From Marsupella aquatica (lineage: Eukaryota > Plantae > Marchantiophyta): a DNA stretch of 64,000 bases. The translations under genes were made by a program, and so were the position numbers. The notes below the pieces were generated by a model. It did no database searches. It was not told where the DNA came from and saw only the letters and a program-made list of their open reading frames with translations. Shown piece by piece: positions 62,926 through 64,000 of this stretch (the first letter of the stretch is position 1; every line of letters begins with the position of its first letter). The stretch lies in assembly GCA_973895155.1 (NCBI GenBank), contig OZ316896.1:6438166-6502165 (forward strand), given 5' to 3'.

Positions 62926-64000
62926 TACGAGCTTGTTCTACTGGACCAACATTTGTTCATCCTCAGGGGATGGGAAACATATAAAGAGGCTTAGGGGGCT
63001 GGGGATCATTGCAACAAGAGCAATGCTGCCCTTTACAATAACAGTGAGAATTCAAAGTACTTATGATGGCACTTATAGTCCTACCTGAAGCGCGAAAGAG
63101 ACACTGTGAAGCACAATGAAGCACCACACCACATGGGACTCTCCCACCAATGAGTCAACACCAGCCACACCCCCCACCGCCCAGAGATCAGCTGATAGAA
63201 GTTGACACCCTAAACCCTGCACTTCAGTTGAGAAGAGTCAAGACCACCCAATGTCACAACACACCTCTGCCTAGGAAAGAAGAATGAGTTATAGCTCTCA
63301 TGAACGAGACTGAACGAGACTGAAGAAAAACAACATTGAACAAAAACTAGCCGGGGAGAATGAGACTGAACAAGAACTGGCACTCAAGCACCGTAGCTCA
63401 AACAGCCTTGGTGCCCCCTTCCTTCCATGGCTCACAACCTCGGCCGCTCCAATGTTGTCACAATGAAGTATCACCCTAAACCTCTGCCCACAAAAGACAC
63501 AAAGTTACAGACCACACGACAGACCACACGACGATGGGGATTGTGAGTGTTGTTGTGCACATTGTGAGTGTAAGGCACAAGGCACCCATTCCCTCCGCAT
63601 TCTTCCCGCTCATAAGGCCTAATCAATTGGTACATGGTCTAGTGAATGTTAGGTAGAGTACAATCGGTAGTGAAGGTGTCACATCTGAGGGGAACAGACT
63701 TCAGGTTTGGGAAGGGGCAGAGACCAGACTTGGTGTGTCAGACATGTAAGGGGCTATCACGTTTGGCAAGGGGCAGCCATGTGAGGTTTGAAAGTGACTC
63801 AATGTCATCAGGGTGGACATCAAGGGGCACCTAAGGTAACTTAGCACTACGACTGTATTCAACTTGGATAGTGAACAACTTGTTTTCATAATTGAATGTC
63901 AAATTAAGTGGTATGGCACATCCACTTACAAGGTGCATGGACAACCTTGAACTCCCCAATTAACATTGCTAACTAAAGGAGTCACAACAAAATGAGTGAT

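Overview
Repeat-rich eukaryotic nuclear DNA, most likely from a non-seed land plant (inferred from TE types, intron style and a plant tRNA-Asp PBS). The one clear host gene is a 12-coding-exon eIF5B (48981-55403, +). The rest is mostly decayed, nested transposons: an L1-like LINE remnant, three copies of one Mutator-like (MULE) family, a 4.7-kb inverted-repeat block containing a hAT-like MITE, and a CACTA TnpA-like remnant. The main MULE (about 12446-43500) is split by an Athila-like Ty3/gypsy element (19425-41139, -), which is itself split by a second Ty3/gypsy element (21848-33136, -). Two systems stand out. (1) The inner retrotransposon encodes a DNMT3-like C5-methyltransferase and a PHD finger. 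Its terminal repeats are permuted (A-internal-B-gc-A-B), as expected if a 2-LTR circle were opened at a palindromic CA|GC|TG site inside the LTR, and it has a self-complementary rather than tRNA PBS. (2) The MULE family carries a divergently oriented, intron-containing cargo gene with a ParB/Srx-like DGNHR motif and a beta-class N4/N6 DNA-methyltransferase-like fold. It also has about 20 copies of the palindrome TAGCGCCNGGCGCTA, seen only in its introns and non-coding DNA. All TE ORFs are pseudogenised. Domain calls come from motif recognition by eye, not database searches.
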